Assembly: GCA_039818205.1 (NCBI GenBank)
Contig: JBCBUK010000005.1
Location: forward strand, 96,001-160,000
DNA from: Verrucomicrobiota bacterium
GTDB taxonomy: Bacteria > Verrucomicrobiota > Verrucomicrobiia > Opitutales > Cerasicoccaceae
Direction of reading: 5' to 3'
Length of the DNA: 64,000 bases
The position numbers and the translations under genes were made by a program. How positions within the stretch are numbered: the first letter of the stretch is position 1; each line of letters starts with the position of its first letter. This document shows, piece by piece, positions 9,956 through 19,537 of this stretch. Under the pieces are notes generated by a model. It was given only the letters and a program-made list of their open reading frames with translations, did not search any database and was not told where the DNA came from.

Positions 9956-10111
9956 AATATAATCGGTTGTTACACAGCAATCGATGACTGATCACTTTAC
10001 GCTTTACAATGTAATTTTCAGTAGAGACCCCAAGCACATACACTCAGCGCGCTACAAAAATTACCCCACGATTAGCTTGAAAAATAGCACTGATAAGACT
10101 ATGTTTTCACC

Positions 10112-10348
10112 ATGGAATCGACGTCAGGGCTTCAATTGCCAACATCACTACTGCGTCGCCTCCGCTTCCGCGCGAAGCGTGATAATCGTTCAATGCAATC
10201 TGAACTGATTCACTGTCTGTATCTCGGGCTTCAGCTCAAGGTTGAACCCGAAAGCTTCCTGGAACAAGCCCGCCGCCTGCGACAGCAATGTCATGGCGTC
10301 CTTACCGAGGAAATTTACGAAGAAACCCTCAACGATGGACACCCCTAG
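10112..10348 (+). CDS. Arc/FitA-like ribbon-helix-helix DNA-binding protein
   Basis: LP..L.RRLR.RA....RSMQSEL...L pattern; C-terminal L..ARRLR...LT.E...GHP as in FitA/VapB-like antitoxins. Confidence 0.65.
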   Translation: MESTSGLQLPTSLLRRLRFRAKRDNRSMQSELIHCLYLGLQLKVEPESFLEQARRLRQQCHGVLTEEIYEETLNDGHP

Positions 10349-10364
10349 CCCGCCCCGTTAAGAA

Positions 10365-11300
10365 TCATTGAATCAAATCCTCATCGGTGCAGCGCCCCGA
10401 CTCAAACTGCAGCGTCACGTGAGTGATCTCAAATTTATCGTGTAGCAGGTCTTCGATCTCATCCGCGAGGCAAGCGGTATCGCTAACCATACGATCCTCA
10501 ATATTCACGTGTGCTTCCAGGTGAATGTTCTGGTCGTTAAGGGACCAGACATGAACATGGTGGATGCCTTTGACATTCTCCACGCCTTCGACCGCTTCCG
10601 CAATCGCTTTGATTTCTAGATTATCCGGGACCCCCATCATGAGGATGCGGAGTGACTCACGCACAATCGCCCAGCTCTCCTTGATGAGCCAAAGCGAAAT
10701 CAATACCGTGACGAGCGGATCGATCCACGAAAAACTGGGGCCAAGAACCATGATGGCGATACCGGCGAGGATGACTCCGATGCTCACCACCGCATCACTG
10801 AGCACATGAAGATACGCCGAGCGCATGTTGATGTTATCTTGAGCTCCTTTGTGCAGTAAGAACGCATTGATTATATTCGCGACTAGGCCGATTGTCGCGA
10901 CGCCGATCATCACCCCGGCCGCCACACTGTCTGGCTCGACAAAGCGATGAGCCGCTTCGAACAGGAGCCAAATACTGATCCCAATTAGCACGCCAGCGTT
11001 CATCACCGCGGCAACGATCTCGGCGCGCTTAAGCCCGAAGGTATGCTTTTCGGTCCCAGGCTTTTCGCCCAGTTTTACGGCAATAAAGCTCGCAACCAAC
11101 GCCACCGCATCCGTCGCCGTGTGAAGCGCATCCGACATCAACGCCAGCGACCCCGAAATAATCCCGCCAATGATCTGCGCTGCGGTAATGATCAGGCTGA
11201 TGCCTAGCGCCTGCAGAAGGCGTTGCTTGGGAACGCCGCGAGCCGAGTGCGAATGTCCCTCATGCGAGTGCGCATTGTGATCATGGTGGTGATGTCCCAT
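10365..11300 (-). CDS. Cation diffusion facilitator (CzcD/ZitB-like Zn/Co/Cd exporter)
   Basis: His-rich N-terminus, SGSLALMSDALH..TD, TFGLKRAE, NMRSAYLHVLSD, HHVHVW, HVTLQFE. Confidence 0.93.
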   Translation of the reverse strand: MGHHHHDHNAHSHEGHSHSARGVPKQRLLQALGISLIITAAQIIGGIISGSLALMSDALHTATDAVALVASFIAVKLGEKPGTEKHTFGLKRAEIVAAVMNAGVLIGISIWLLFEAAHRFVEPDSVAAGVMIGVATIGLVANIINAFLLHKGAQDNINMRSAYLHVLSDAVVSIGVILAGIAIMVLGPSFSWIDPLVTVLISLWLIKESWAIVRESLRILMMGVPDNLEIKAIAEAVEGVENVKGIHHVHVWSLNDQNIHLEAHVNIEDRMVSDTACLADEIEDLLHDKFEITHVTLQFESGRCTDEDLIQ

Positions 11301-11414
11301 CGGCGCGAAGCTTGCGAAAAATACTACTTATGGCGATACCGAAATGCCTCCCCCTTCGCAGGATACGACACTACCGTCTTGACCTCAGCCAATGCCATGT
11401 TGCCATTAAGAACA

Positions 11415-11828
11415 ATGCCACTGACGCTGAAACGACGCGAACGCACGCCCGAGGATTTTCAAATCGCTCCGATGATCGATATGGTTTTCCTACTACTCGT
11501 TTTCTTCATGTGTGTATCGTCTTTGGCCCAAGCCGACCGCACTCAATCGGTCGATCTGGCAAAATCAGCAGAGAGTAAACAGTCCTCCGCCAACGCGGAT
11601 CGCGGGACGCTAACGATCGACTCCCAAGGGCGGATTTTCCTTGGCGAAAAACCATCGAGTATCGACGAAGTAAAGTTGGTAGTCCAAAAGTCCATTCATG
11701 AAAATCCGTCCCTCAAGATCGTGATCCGGGCCGATCGCCAAACACACTATCGGGACATCAAACAAGTGCTGGAGGCCTGCGCGGAAGTTGGTGCTCACCA
11801 GGTAGCCTTCGCCACCGTTCCAGATTAA
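11415..11828 (+). CDS. exbD: ExbD/TolR family biopolymer transport protein
   Basis: IAPMIDMVFLLLVFFM, IVIRADRQT. Start moved to ATG 11415. Confidence 0.9.
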   Translation: MPLTLKRRERTPEDFQIAPMIDMVFLLLVFFMCVSSLAQADRTQSVDLAKSAESKQSSANADRGTLTIDSQGRIFLGEKPSSIDEVKLVVQKSIHENPSLKIVIRADRQTHYRDIKQVLEACAEVGAHQVAFATVPD

Positions 11829-11830
11829 TT

Positions 11831-12295
11831 ATGATCCGCCTGAAAAAGAAGATGCCAGATCGGGCGGTATTTCCTATCGCGCCCATGATCGATTGTGTCT
11901 TCCTGCTCATGGTTTACTTCATGCTCGCCACCACGTGGAACGATCAGGAGCGCGACCTCGCATTCGAATTGCCTGGCATAGTCGAGCAATCGGAGCCCTT
12001 GCACATGCCCGATGAGCAGACTATCGAGCTCACTGCAGGGGGCCAAGCCCTTGTCAACGGTTATGCCTACGACTCCCCCACCGACGAGCGCTACGCGCAA
12101 TTGAAAACAGTGTTGACACGGCTCAAACAAAGTAACGACGCCAACAAGACCGCGGCCCAAATCACCATTGCTCCGGCCGAGGGCACCGCACATCAGGCGA
12201 TTGTTAAGGTTATGGATGCAGCCCAGAACGCCGGAATCGAAACGATAAATTTTTCCCTGGATAGTGACACGATCATCGATGTAGTACGGGATTAA
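11831..12295 (+). CDS. exbD: ExbD/TolR family biopolymer transport protein
   Basis: [32 protein letters not shown]. Confidence 0.9.
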   Translation: MIRLKKKMPDRAVFPIAPMIDCVFLLMVYFMLATTWNDQERDLAFELPGIVEQSEPLHMPDEQTIELTAGGQALVNGYAYDSPTDERYAQLKTVLTRLKQSNDANKTAAQITIAPAEGTAHQAIVKVMDAAQNAGIETINFSLDSDTIIDVVRD

Positions 12296-12332
12296 ATTGC
12301 ACCACAGGGCAGCAGCCATCAAGATGCCGACC

Positions 12333-14069
12333 ATGGACAAATCTGAGATTGTCGCCGTATTAGAATCGATTGCTGAATTGCTGGAACTGAAAGGAGAGAA
12401 TCCTTTCAAGGTCCGCGCCTACCAATCGGGTGCCCGTGCATTGGAAAGCCTCGAAGAAGACGTCAGCGCAGTGATCGCAGAAGAGCGGCTCGGCAAAATT
12501 AAGGGAATTGGCAAAGCCCTCGTCGATAAGATTACGACGCTGCATGAGAGCGGCCAGCTGAACTATTTTGATGAATTGAAAGCCTCCGTTCCCGAAGGCC
12601 TTGTCGAGATGCTTTCGATTCCTGGGTTAGGGCCCAAGAAGATAAAGAAGCTCTACGACCTTCTCGAAATCGACAGTATCGACCGCCTACAGCAAGCCTG
12701 CGAAATGGGTGAGGTCGCCGATCTCGATGGATTCGGAGCAAAAACCGAGCACAAAATTTTGACCGGAATCAAGAACCGGGTTGCCTACCAGGCACGCCAC
12801 CATTGGTGGGATGCACAAACGACTTCGGAACCGATTTTGGAAGGCTTACGTGAACTCGATGACGTCGAACAAGCGGAGGCCGCTGGCAGCCTTCGGCGCA
12901 AGCGAGAAACCGTGGGAGATCTGGACTTCATCGTCGCATCCAACAATCCGCAGCCGGTTATGGATTGGTTCATCAACCTGGATGGCGTCGAGGAGGTGAC
13001 CGCACACGGCAACACAAAATCAAGCGTTCGATTCACCGATGGCCTCCAGGCGGACTTACGGGTTGTTCCTCCCGAACAATTTGCTTTTGCACTCCTACAC
13101 TTTACAGGGAGTAAAGACCACAATGTCCGCATGCGCCAACGCGCACTCGAGCGGGGACTCTCGCTCTCGGAATGGGGCCTTTTCGAAAAAGGCAGCGACA
13201 GCAACGACGCCCGTGAATCCGTTATCCACGCTAAATCAGAATCCGAGATCTACGCAAAACTTGATCTGCGTTTCGTGCCACCCGAACTGCGCGAAGACCG
13301 AGGTGAGATCGAGCAGGGAGAAACGGACGACTTCCCCCGTTTGCTTGAGGAATGCGACATTCGTGGCCTCTTCCACAACCACACGACAGCAAGTGATGGG
13401 CAGAACACCCTGGCGGAAATGACCAAGGCCTGCGACGAGCTCGGTATGGAGTATCTCGGCATATCCGACCATTCGAAGTCCAGCTTCCAGGCGAGCGGTC
13501 TCGACGAAGATCGGCTCCTGGCACAGATCCAGGACATTCGCCAACTCAACGAGAGTAAGAAATTCAAGTGCCATGTATTCGCCGGAAGCGAGGTCGATAT
13601 TTTGCGCGATGGTTCACTGGACTTCGCAGACGATATCCTCGCCCAACTCGACTACGTCGTTGCCTCCGTTCACAACTCATTTGGCCTGGCAGAAGACGAG
13701 ATGACGGACCGGATCATTAAGGCGATCGAAAACGAGAACGTAACGATGTTGGGCCATATGACTGGCCGACTCCTACTACGCCGGGAAGCCTACGCGGTAA
13801 ACATCCCAAAGGTTATCGATGCAGCGATCGCCAACCAGACGATTATCGAACTCAACGCTAATCCCTGGCGGCTGGACATGGATTGGCGTCACTGGCGGCA
13901 GGCTAGCGACCGTGGACTTCTGTGCTCCATCAACCCCGATGCGCACAATACCGGTGGCCTGGCATTTTTCGTTGCGGGAGTCAATGTGGCTCGCAAAGGC
14001 TGGCTAACTCGCGAGAAGGTCCTCAATTGCCGTTCAGTTGAGGACGTTCAGGCCTATTTTAAGCAGTAG
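12333..14069 (+). CDS. polX: DNA polymerase X with C-terminal PHP nuclease domain
   Basis: [13 protein letters not shown] Hh[31 protein letters not shown] motifs HNHT, ISDHS, E.DI, HMTGR, NPDAH. ATG 12333 (or 12324). Confidence 0.95.
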   Translation: MDKSEIVAVLESIAELLELKGENPFKVRAYQSGARALESLEEDVSAVIAEERLGKIKGIGKALVDKITTLHESGQLNYFDELKASVPEGLVEMLSIPGLGPKKIKKLYDLLEIDSIDRLQQACEMGEVADLDGFGAKTEHKILTGIKNRVAYQARHHWWDAQTTSEPILEGLRELDDVEQAEAAGSLRRKRETVGDLDFIVASNNPQPVMDWFINLDGVEEVTAHGNTKSSVRFTDGLQADLRVVPPEQFAFALLHFTGSKDHNVRMRQRALERGLSLSEWGLFEKGSDSNDARESVIHAKSESEIYAKLDLRFVPPELREDRGEIEQGETDDFPRLLEECDIRGLFHNHTTASDGQNTLAEMTKACDELGMEYLGISDHSKSSFQASGLDEDRLLAQIQDIRQLNESKKFKCHVFAGSEVDILRDGSLDFADDILAQLDYVVASVHNSFGLAEDEMTDRIIKAIENENVTMLGHMTGRLLLRREAYAVNIPKVIDAAIANQTIIELNANPWRLDMDWRHWRQASDRGLLCSINPDAHNTGGLAFFVAGVNVARKGWLTREKVLNCRSVEDVQAYFKQ

Positions 14070-14222
14070 GAAGAGCGACGAACTTGCTCACGTTACAGAA
14101 CCGTTAGATTTCCGTAACGGAACGGAATCCCTCTTGTCAGTCGTACGCTGGCGAACTTAGCTGATTTAGTCCTATCGTTACTTCACGCGTAGGGCCTACG
14201 ACTTCAAAACAGCTACGAGACC

Positions 14223-15767
14223 GTGTCCTCATCAGATATTCCACCACTGGTCCCCGACCCGGAGCAGCCCTCAAAGCACCGCACGGTGCAGGACTACATT
14301 GATGAGCGCCCGGTTTGGGCCGATGGCACCGAAACGCCAACGACTCCGATGACTCCGATGCAGTGGCGCATATGGTTGTTGGCGATTGCGGGGAAGTTTT
14401 TCGAAGGAATGATCGTCTTTATGACGGGTGTCGCCCTGCCCCTCATATCCCAAGAGTTTAGTTTGGAAGCCTCGGACAAAGGCTTCGTCACCGCAGCCAG
14501 TCTCGCCGGAATTCTCGTTGGTGCATCTGCCTTAGGCGGACTTTCCGATTTCCTCGGTCGCAAGAAGATGTTCATCGTCGAGATGATTATCTTCACGGTC
14601 TTTTTGATCGCGCTATCTTTGGCACCCAATTTTCCGATGCTGGTGCTTTTCCTTTTCGGAGTCGGCATCGCACTAGGATGCGACTACCCCACAGCGCACC
14701 TCGTCATCTCGGAAAGTATCCCGACACTGATGCGTGGGCGGCTCGTCCTGGGTGCCTTTGCGTTTCAAGCCGTGGGCGCGCTCGTTGGCACCATCATCGG
14801 ATGCATCATTTTACTCAAAGCCCCCGAAGTCCAGGCGTGGCGCTATATGTACGCGACCGCGATAATACCGGCGATCCTCGTGATCGTTGGGCGCTTCTTC
14901 ATCACCGACAGCCCCCACTGGTTGCTGTCGCGCGGCCGCGTGGAGGACGCAGAAAAAGAAACCCACCAACTATTAAAGCGCCACCCGCAGTATCCCAAGT
15001 TTGTCCGTTTGTTCAACCCGCACAAAGGCGAGAAAGCCAAGCCGAAAGCTCACTACGGCATGCTATTCAACAAAGACAATCGGAAGGCCACTATTCTTGC
15101 TTCAGTTCCATGGTTCTTGCAGGACCTGAGCACCTACGGTATCGGCATTTTTACGCCAACGATTCTCGCGACTCTGATTGGGCAGAAATCCGACGAAAAT
15201 ACGCTGAAAGACATTATCCACAATGACATGCTGGCGGCCGAAGGGTCGGCCATTATGGATTTGCTCTTTGTTTTCGGTATTCTCTTCGCGATCTTCCTGG
15301 TGGACAAGGTAGGGCGGATCAAGCTCCAGGTGGTAGGCTTCATCGGCTGCGCGCTTGGGCTTTTCCTGGCGGCACTTTCAATGAACTCGGATGGTAGCCA
15401 CAACATGGTCCTGCTTTTCGCGGGTTTCATGCTCTTCTTCTTCATGACCAATCTCGGCCCCAACGCGATGACCTACCTGCTGGCCGGCGAGGTCTTTCCG
15501 ACTCAGGTGCGTGGCATGGGCGCGGGATTCGCCGCGTCGTTTGCCAAAATTGGCGCCGTGTTGACCGCGTTCCTGTTCCCCATTTTACTCACGGACATTG
15601 GTACGCAGCAATTACTCTTCGGGCTGGTCGGCGCTTCGATACTGGGTGCCATTGTGACTTTCATATTCGCCATTGAAACCAAGGGACTCAAACTCGATGA
15701 GATTGGGCAAAAGCCGACCGATGAAGAGATCGATCGAGAACGCGAAGCGGATGCTGACCTAGTCTAG
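14223..15767 (+). CDS. MFS transporter (sugar porter/SV2-like)
   Basis: GGLSDFLGRKK motif A, ISESIP...RGR, LVDKVGR, GEVFPTQVRG, IETKG; 12 TM-like segments. Confidence 0.9.
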   Translation: MSSSDIPPLVPDPEQPSKHRTVQDYIDERPVWADGTETPTTPMTPMQWRIWLLAIAGKFFEGMIVFMTGVALPLISQEFSLEASDKGFVTAASLAGILVGASALGGLSDFLGRKKMFIVEMIIFTVFLIALSLAPNFPMLVLFLFGVGIALGCDYPTAHLVISESIPTLMRGRLVLGAFAFQAVGALVGTIIGCIILLKAPEVQAWRYMYATAIIPAILVIVGRFFITDSPHWLLSRGRVEDAEKETHQLLKRHPQYPKFVRLFNPHKGEKAKPKAHYGMLFNKDNRKATILASVPWFLQDLSTYGIGIFTPTILATLIGQKSDENTLKDIIHNDMLAAEGSAIMDLLFVFGILFAIFLVDKVGRIKLQVVGFIGCALGLFLAALSMNSDGSHNMVLLFAGFMLFFFMTNLGPNAMTYLLAGEVFPTQVRGMGAGFAASFAKIGAVLTAFLFPILLTDIGTQQLLFGLVGASILGAIVTFIFAIETKGLKLDEIGQKPTDEEIDREREADADLV

Positions 15768-16462
15768 GCGGACTTTCTCCGCCTCAGGTAGGTGAGAACC
15801 ATCGCAACCCCCACGGCCATTAACACGTAGGTACGCGGTTCCGGGATCGCAAACGTGCTGGTCCCGTAGACGAGATCATCCGAGAGACCAACCTGGCGAT
15901 TCGTGCTCGGGGCAACGGTATCGATTTGGATTCGACTAACCCAGAAATTCGTATTTCCCGGATCGCCAGCAAACCCGACAAATGGGTTGGCCACCCCACT
16001 TAGCTCAAACAGCAGCTCATCTTCGCCGTTGTAGAACTGCGTCAGGGTCTGATCATTCCAAATCCGCTGGATGCCCGCATACTGCTGCGGAGTGTCGAAG
16101 GTGATCTCATACCCGACTCGACCATCGTCCGTGCCCGAGGCGAACGGCGTGCCCACAATCCGCCCCGCACTCGAGGCAAAAAACGAACCAACCACCGGCA
16201 AGCCAGAGGTTGGGGTACCGATCGTGGTGATATTCGATTGAAAACTGACTCCAGGAGCACTCGACAACGAGAAGAAGCGCGTGCCGGAGGTTTCGTTAAA
16301 ATCGACCAGGGTCCCTGAAATTGCTGCCTCCTGTTCGAAAAGGGCCTTTACATCCGCACCGTAGCCGCCGACTCCGAAAGCGTTGACGATCACCACAGCC
16401 TGTGCCCCAGTGGTGCATAGACTTATCGCAGCAAGTGCAGAAATAGTAGCTTTAAAAATCAC
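15764..16462 (-). CDS. PEP-CTERM sorting domain protein
   Basis: C-terminal IPEPRTYVLMAVGVAMVLTYLRRRKSA; signal peptide from GTG 16462 (track start 16540). Confidence 0.88.
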   Translation of the reverse strand: MIFKATISALAAISLCTTGAQAVVIVNAFGVGGYGADVKALFEQEAAISGTLVDFNETSGTRFFSLSSAPGVSFQSNITTIGTPTSGLPVVGSFFASSAGRIVGTPFASGTDDGRVGYEITFDTPQQYAGIQRIWNDQTLTQFYNGEDELLFELSGVANPFVGFAGDPGNTNFWVSRIQIDTVAPSTNRQVGLSDDLVYGTSTFAIPEPRTYVLMAVGVAMVLTYLRRRKSA

Positions 16463-16575
16463 AGAGTCCCAACCTTGGCGAGAAACCGAAGCTTTTTCAA
16501 GACTAGACCTCAACGACAAGCGAACTTGCTTTTCAGCCATTACCCCCGCATAAAGGTGCGTTTTATTGACGGAAT

Positions 16576-17622
16576 ATGAAAGTATTGATCCTTGGCGTTA
16601 ACGGGTTCATTGGCAGTAGTTTGGTTTGGAAAATCCTGACCGAAACGGACTGGGAAGTTTGGGGCATGGACATGTCCGACAACAAACTCGGGGCTTCGAT
16701 CGGCCACGATCGCTTCCACTTTTTCGAAGGCGACATGACCATCAACAAAGAGTGGATCGAATACCACGTGAAGAAGTGCGACGTGGTGGTTCCCCTGGTC
16801 GCCATCGCCACCCCAGCGCTCTACGTCAAAGATCCAATCCGGGTCTATGAACTGGATTTCGAGGCCAATGTCTCGGTGGTTAAAAAGGCTGTCAAATACA
16901 ACAAACGCCTGGTTTTCCCGTCCACCAGCGAAGTCTATGGGCTCGTCCAAGATCGGGAGTTTGACGAGTATACGACCAACATGGTCTACGGCCCAATCCC
17001 CAAACAACGCTGGATCTACGCCACGATCAAACAACTGCTCGACCGCGTAATCTGGGCTTATGGCGAAACTGATGGTCTCGATTTCTCCCTGTTCCGCCCG
17101 TTCAACTTTGTTGGCCCGAAGCTCGATGACGTCAACGACCCCAAAGAAGGCTCGTCCCGCGTCGTCACCCAATTCATCCACAACATCATCACGGGAAAGC
17201 CGATCAAGCTGGTCGATGGCGGCCACCAAAAGCGTTGTTTCACGTTTATTGATGATGGTGTTGACGCGATCCTTCGCATCATTGCCAACGAAGATGGCTG
17301 TGCCTCCGGCCGCATCTTCAACATCGGTAACCCGCAGGAAGAATTTTCCATTCGCGAGCTGGCAGAACTCCTTGTCGAGTTGATCAGCGAATACGATGAC
17401 TATGCGGACCTGGCGAAGAATGTGGTTATCGAAGAAGTATCCAGTGGAGCCTATTATGGCGAAGCTTATCAGGATGTGGTGCACCGCGTGCCAAAAATCG
17501 AGGAAGCCAAAAAGCATTTGAATTGGAAGCCAAAAGCCGACCTGCGGACTGCGCTGAAGCTCACCCTGGACTACCACTTGCGCAACCAGGACTACGAGCT
17601 AAACGCCATGGAAGTCCGCTAG
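16576..17622 (+). CDS. arnA: Stand-alone ArnA-type UDP-glucuronate oxidative decarboxylase (UDP-4-keto-pentose/UDP-xylose synthase)
   Basis: LILGVNGFIG, EWIEYHVKKCD..PLVAIATP, ELDFEAN, FPSTSEVYG, RWIY...KQLLDRVIWAYG, FRPFN, LVDGG.QKRCFT, YG..YQD...R.P; no formyltransferase domain. Confidence 0.9.
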   Translation: MKVLILGVNGFIGSSLVWKILTETDWEVWGMDMSDNKLGASIGHDRFHFFEGDMTINKEWIEYHVKKCDVVVPLVAIATPALYVKDPIRVYELDFEANVSVVKKAVKYNKRLVFPSTSEVYGLVQDREFDEYTTNMVYGPIPKQRWIYATIKQLLDRVIWAYGETDGLDFSLFRPFNFVGPKLDDVNDPKEGSSRVVTQFIHNIITGKPIKLVDGGHQKRCFTFIDDGVDAILRIIANEDGCASGRIFNIGNPQEEFSIRELAELLVELISEYDDYADLAKNVVIEEVSSGAYYGEAYQDVVHRVPKIEEAKKHLNWKPKADLRTALKLTLDYHLRNQDYELNAMEVR

Positions 17623-17631
17623 GAGATTGCC

Positions 17632-18570
17632 ATGCGCTTGGCCCTGAAAGTTGATGTCGATACCGATCGCGGAACGCGCGAAGGGATCGAACCCTTAGTT
17701 CGCATCTGTGAAAAACATGGCGCACCGGCGACCTTTCTTTTCTCTCTAGGACCAGACAACACAGGCAAAGCGATCCGGCGCATCTTTCGCCCAGGCTTCC
17801 TGCAAAAAGTCCAGCGCACCAACGTCGCTGGCAATTATGGGCTCCGCACATTACTAAACGGCACGCTGCTTCCCGCACCACAGATTGGTCGGCGAAACGC
17901 CGATCGCATGCGGGCGATTCAACAGGGTGGCTACGCGGTCGGAATCCACTGCTGGGATCATTTCCAATGGCAGGACTACCTGCACCGCATGCCGCTCGAA
18001 GCCATCCAGGATCAATTCGTGCGCGCCGTCGGGATGTTCCAAGAGATCTTTGATACACCGCCTCGCTGCGCCGGGTCACCCGGTTGGCAAAGCAATGCGC
18101 GAAGCCTGGAAGTCTACGATGCGGCTAAGCTGCTTTGGGCGAGCGACGCCCGATGGCAGACTCCATGGCCATCGGCTGATAACCAACAGCCCACCGTGTT
18201 CTATCCCGAAATCGACGGTCGCCGCTTTGACACGCTACACTTTGCCACAACCCTCCCAACCCTCGACGAATTGCTCGGACGCCCAGAGTATCCGGACGAT
18301 ACGATCAACAAGCACCTGATTGATCTCTTGAAGCAAGGAGGCGACCATGTTTTTACCCTTCACGCTGAATTGGAAGGCATGCACTACGCATCGTTATTTG
18401 ATGATTTCCTAGCTCGGGCCAAGGCCGAGGGCGCTGAATTCTATGATCTCAATCAAGAGGCTGAGAAACAAGTATCGGCCCCGGATAGCATTCCGATTTG
18501 CGAAATCATCCAAGGGGAAATCGATGGACGGAGCGGCACACTGGCAGTCCAGCAAAGCTCCGCTCGCTAA
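17632..18570 (+). CDS. arnD: ArnD-type 4-deoxy-4-formamido-L-arabinose-phosphoundecaprenol deformylase (polysaccharide deacetylase fold)
   Basis: LKVDVDT.RGTREG, ATFLFSLGPDNTG, YG...LL.GTLLP, H.WDH..WQ, TTLPTLDEL, VFTLHAELEG. Confidence 0.9.
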   Translation: MRLALKVDVDTDRGTREGIEPLVRICEKHGAPATFLFSLGPDNTGKAIRRIFRPGFLQKVQRTNVAGNYGLRTLLNGTLLPAPQIGRRNADRMRAIQQGGYAVGIHCWDHFQWQDYLHRMPLEAIQDQFVRAVGMFQEIFDTPPRCAGSPGWQSNARSLEVYDAAKLLWASDARWQTPWPSADNQQPTVFYPEIDGRRFDTLHFATTLPTLDELLGRPEYPDDTINKHLIDLLKQGGDHVFTLHAELEGMHYASLFDDFLARAKAEGAEFYDLNQEAEKQVSAPDSIPICEIIQGEIDGRSGTLAVQQSSAR

Positions 18571-18576
18571 GTCGCC

Positions 18577-19158
18577 TTATTGAGCGTCTTGATCGAACCC
18601 GCCCTTTTTCACCGCGGTGGCCAGGCTGATCATGGTGATCCCACCCATGAGCAAGTTGACCCCAACAATGATACCGATAAACCACTGCGCCGATATCGGC
18701 CATTGCGAGATAACGATGCCCGCAATGATCAGCCCAAAGATACCATTGAGCAGGATGATGCCACGCCCCGGGATCTGTTTTCCCTGAGCAACGGCGATCA
18801 ATTTACAAACGCCGTCCACCAGATAGAAACCCGCCAGCAGGATCGTCAAAGTCAACACGCCGATAACCGGTTGTGCGATCATCAATCCGCCAGCAATCGC
18901 GGCAAAGACCCCGTTCAACAATGCCCAGATGAAGCCCTTGGCTTGAATGTGTTGAAAGGCGGAGATCGCCTGAAGGATGCCACCAATCAAAAACAACCAA
19001 CCTAAGAAGAGCTCTAGCCCCAGCGAAAACGCGCCGGGCAGCAATACGGCGAGCCCGCCAAGCACGATCATCACGATTCCCGCAACTTGAGCGAAGCCCG
19101 CGTTCTTTTTCAGCGTTTCCGGATCGATCTGCGCAAATGGATTGGTCGGGGAGGACAT
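18577..19158 (-). CDS. HdeD/DUF308 family membrane protein
   Basis: Six short TM helices with G..LG.LA...P, GW.F..GG, AG......P..G, WP..A.W.IG...G.NL..G. Start moved to ATG 19158. Confidence 0.85.
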   Translation of the reverse strand: MSSPTNPFAQIDPETLKKNAGFAQVAGIVMIVLGGLAVLLPGAFSLGLELFLGWLFLIGGILQAISAFQHIQAKGFIWALLNGVFAAIAGGLMIAQPVIGVLTLTILLAGFYLVDGVCKLIAVAQGKQIPGRGIILLNGIFGLIIAGIVISQWPISAQWFIGIIVGVNLLMGGITMISLATAVKKGGFDQDAQ

Positions 19159-19246
19159 AGTAAAAATGGTTAGGTTTTGATCGTAAACCAATATAGTGGC
19201 AGCAAATTCACAATCGTCCAATACCTAAGGCAAGATTCTACGACAC

Positions 19247-19519
19247 TTAGCCAACGTTGAGATCCTCAACAAAGCGCGCCTCCCGCGTGACTTGTTCTTT
19301 CTTCACGCTAAGCTGACAAACAATCAGTTCAACCAAGCGCTCCCAGACCTGCTCCTCACCCAATGCCTCAAGCTCTCCTTGCGACTCCAACCGCGAAACA
19401 ACGTAGTCATAGAGATCGCCAACTGTGAAGAGCTTTTCACCAACGGATTCCGGAATCTCCTCGCCCGAGAAAAACTCCTCCTCGACCGCCATAATCAACT
19501 CGACTCCATCAAGACCCAT
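19247..19519 (-). CDS. Acyl-carrier-protein-like protein, apparently circularly permuted, with Ser->Gly at the phosphopantetheine site
   Basis: MGLDGVELIMAVEEEF...IP....EKL.TVGDLYDYV (ACP helices II-IV) followed by VWERLVELIVCQLSVKKEQVTREARFVEDL (ACP helix I and loop). Confidence 0.8.
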   Translation of the reverse strand: MGLDGVELIMAVEEEFFSGEEIPESVGEKLFTVGDLYDYVVSRLESQGELEALGEEQVWERLVELIVCQLSVKKEQVTREARFVEDLNVG

Positions 19520-19537
19520 TTCAACCGTTTCTTTACC

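Noticed and set aside
14090..14222. Possible riboswitch before the MFS gene (hairpin CCGTTA...TAACGG at 14101-14120)
   Set aside because: No aptamer consensus recognised; only a short hairpin.
16540..17577. 345-aa minus-strand ORF
   Set aside because: Antisense shadow of the clearly conserved arnA-like gene.
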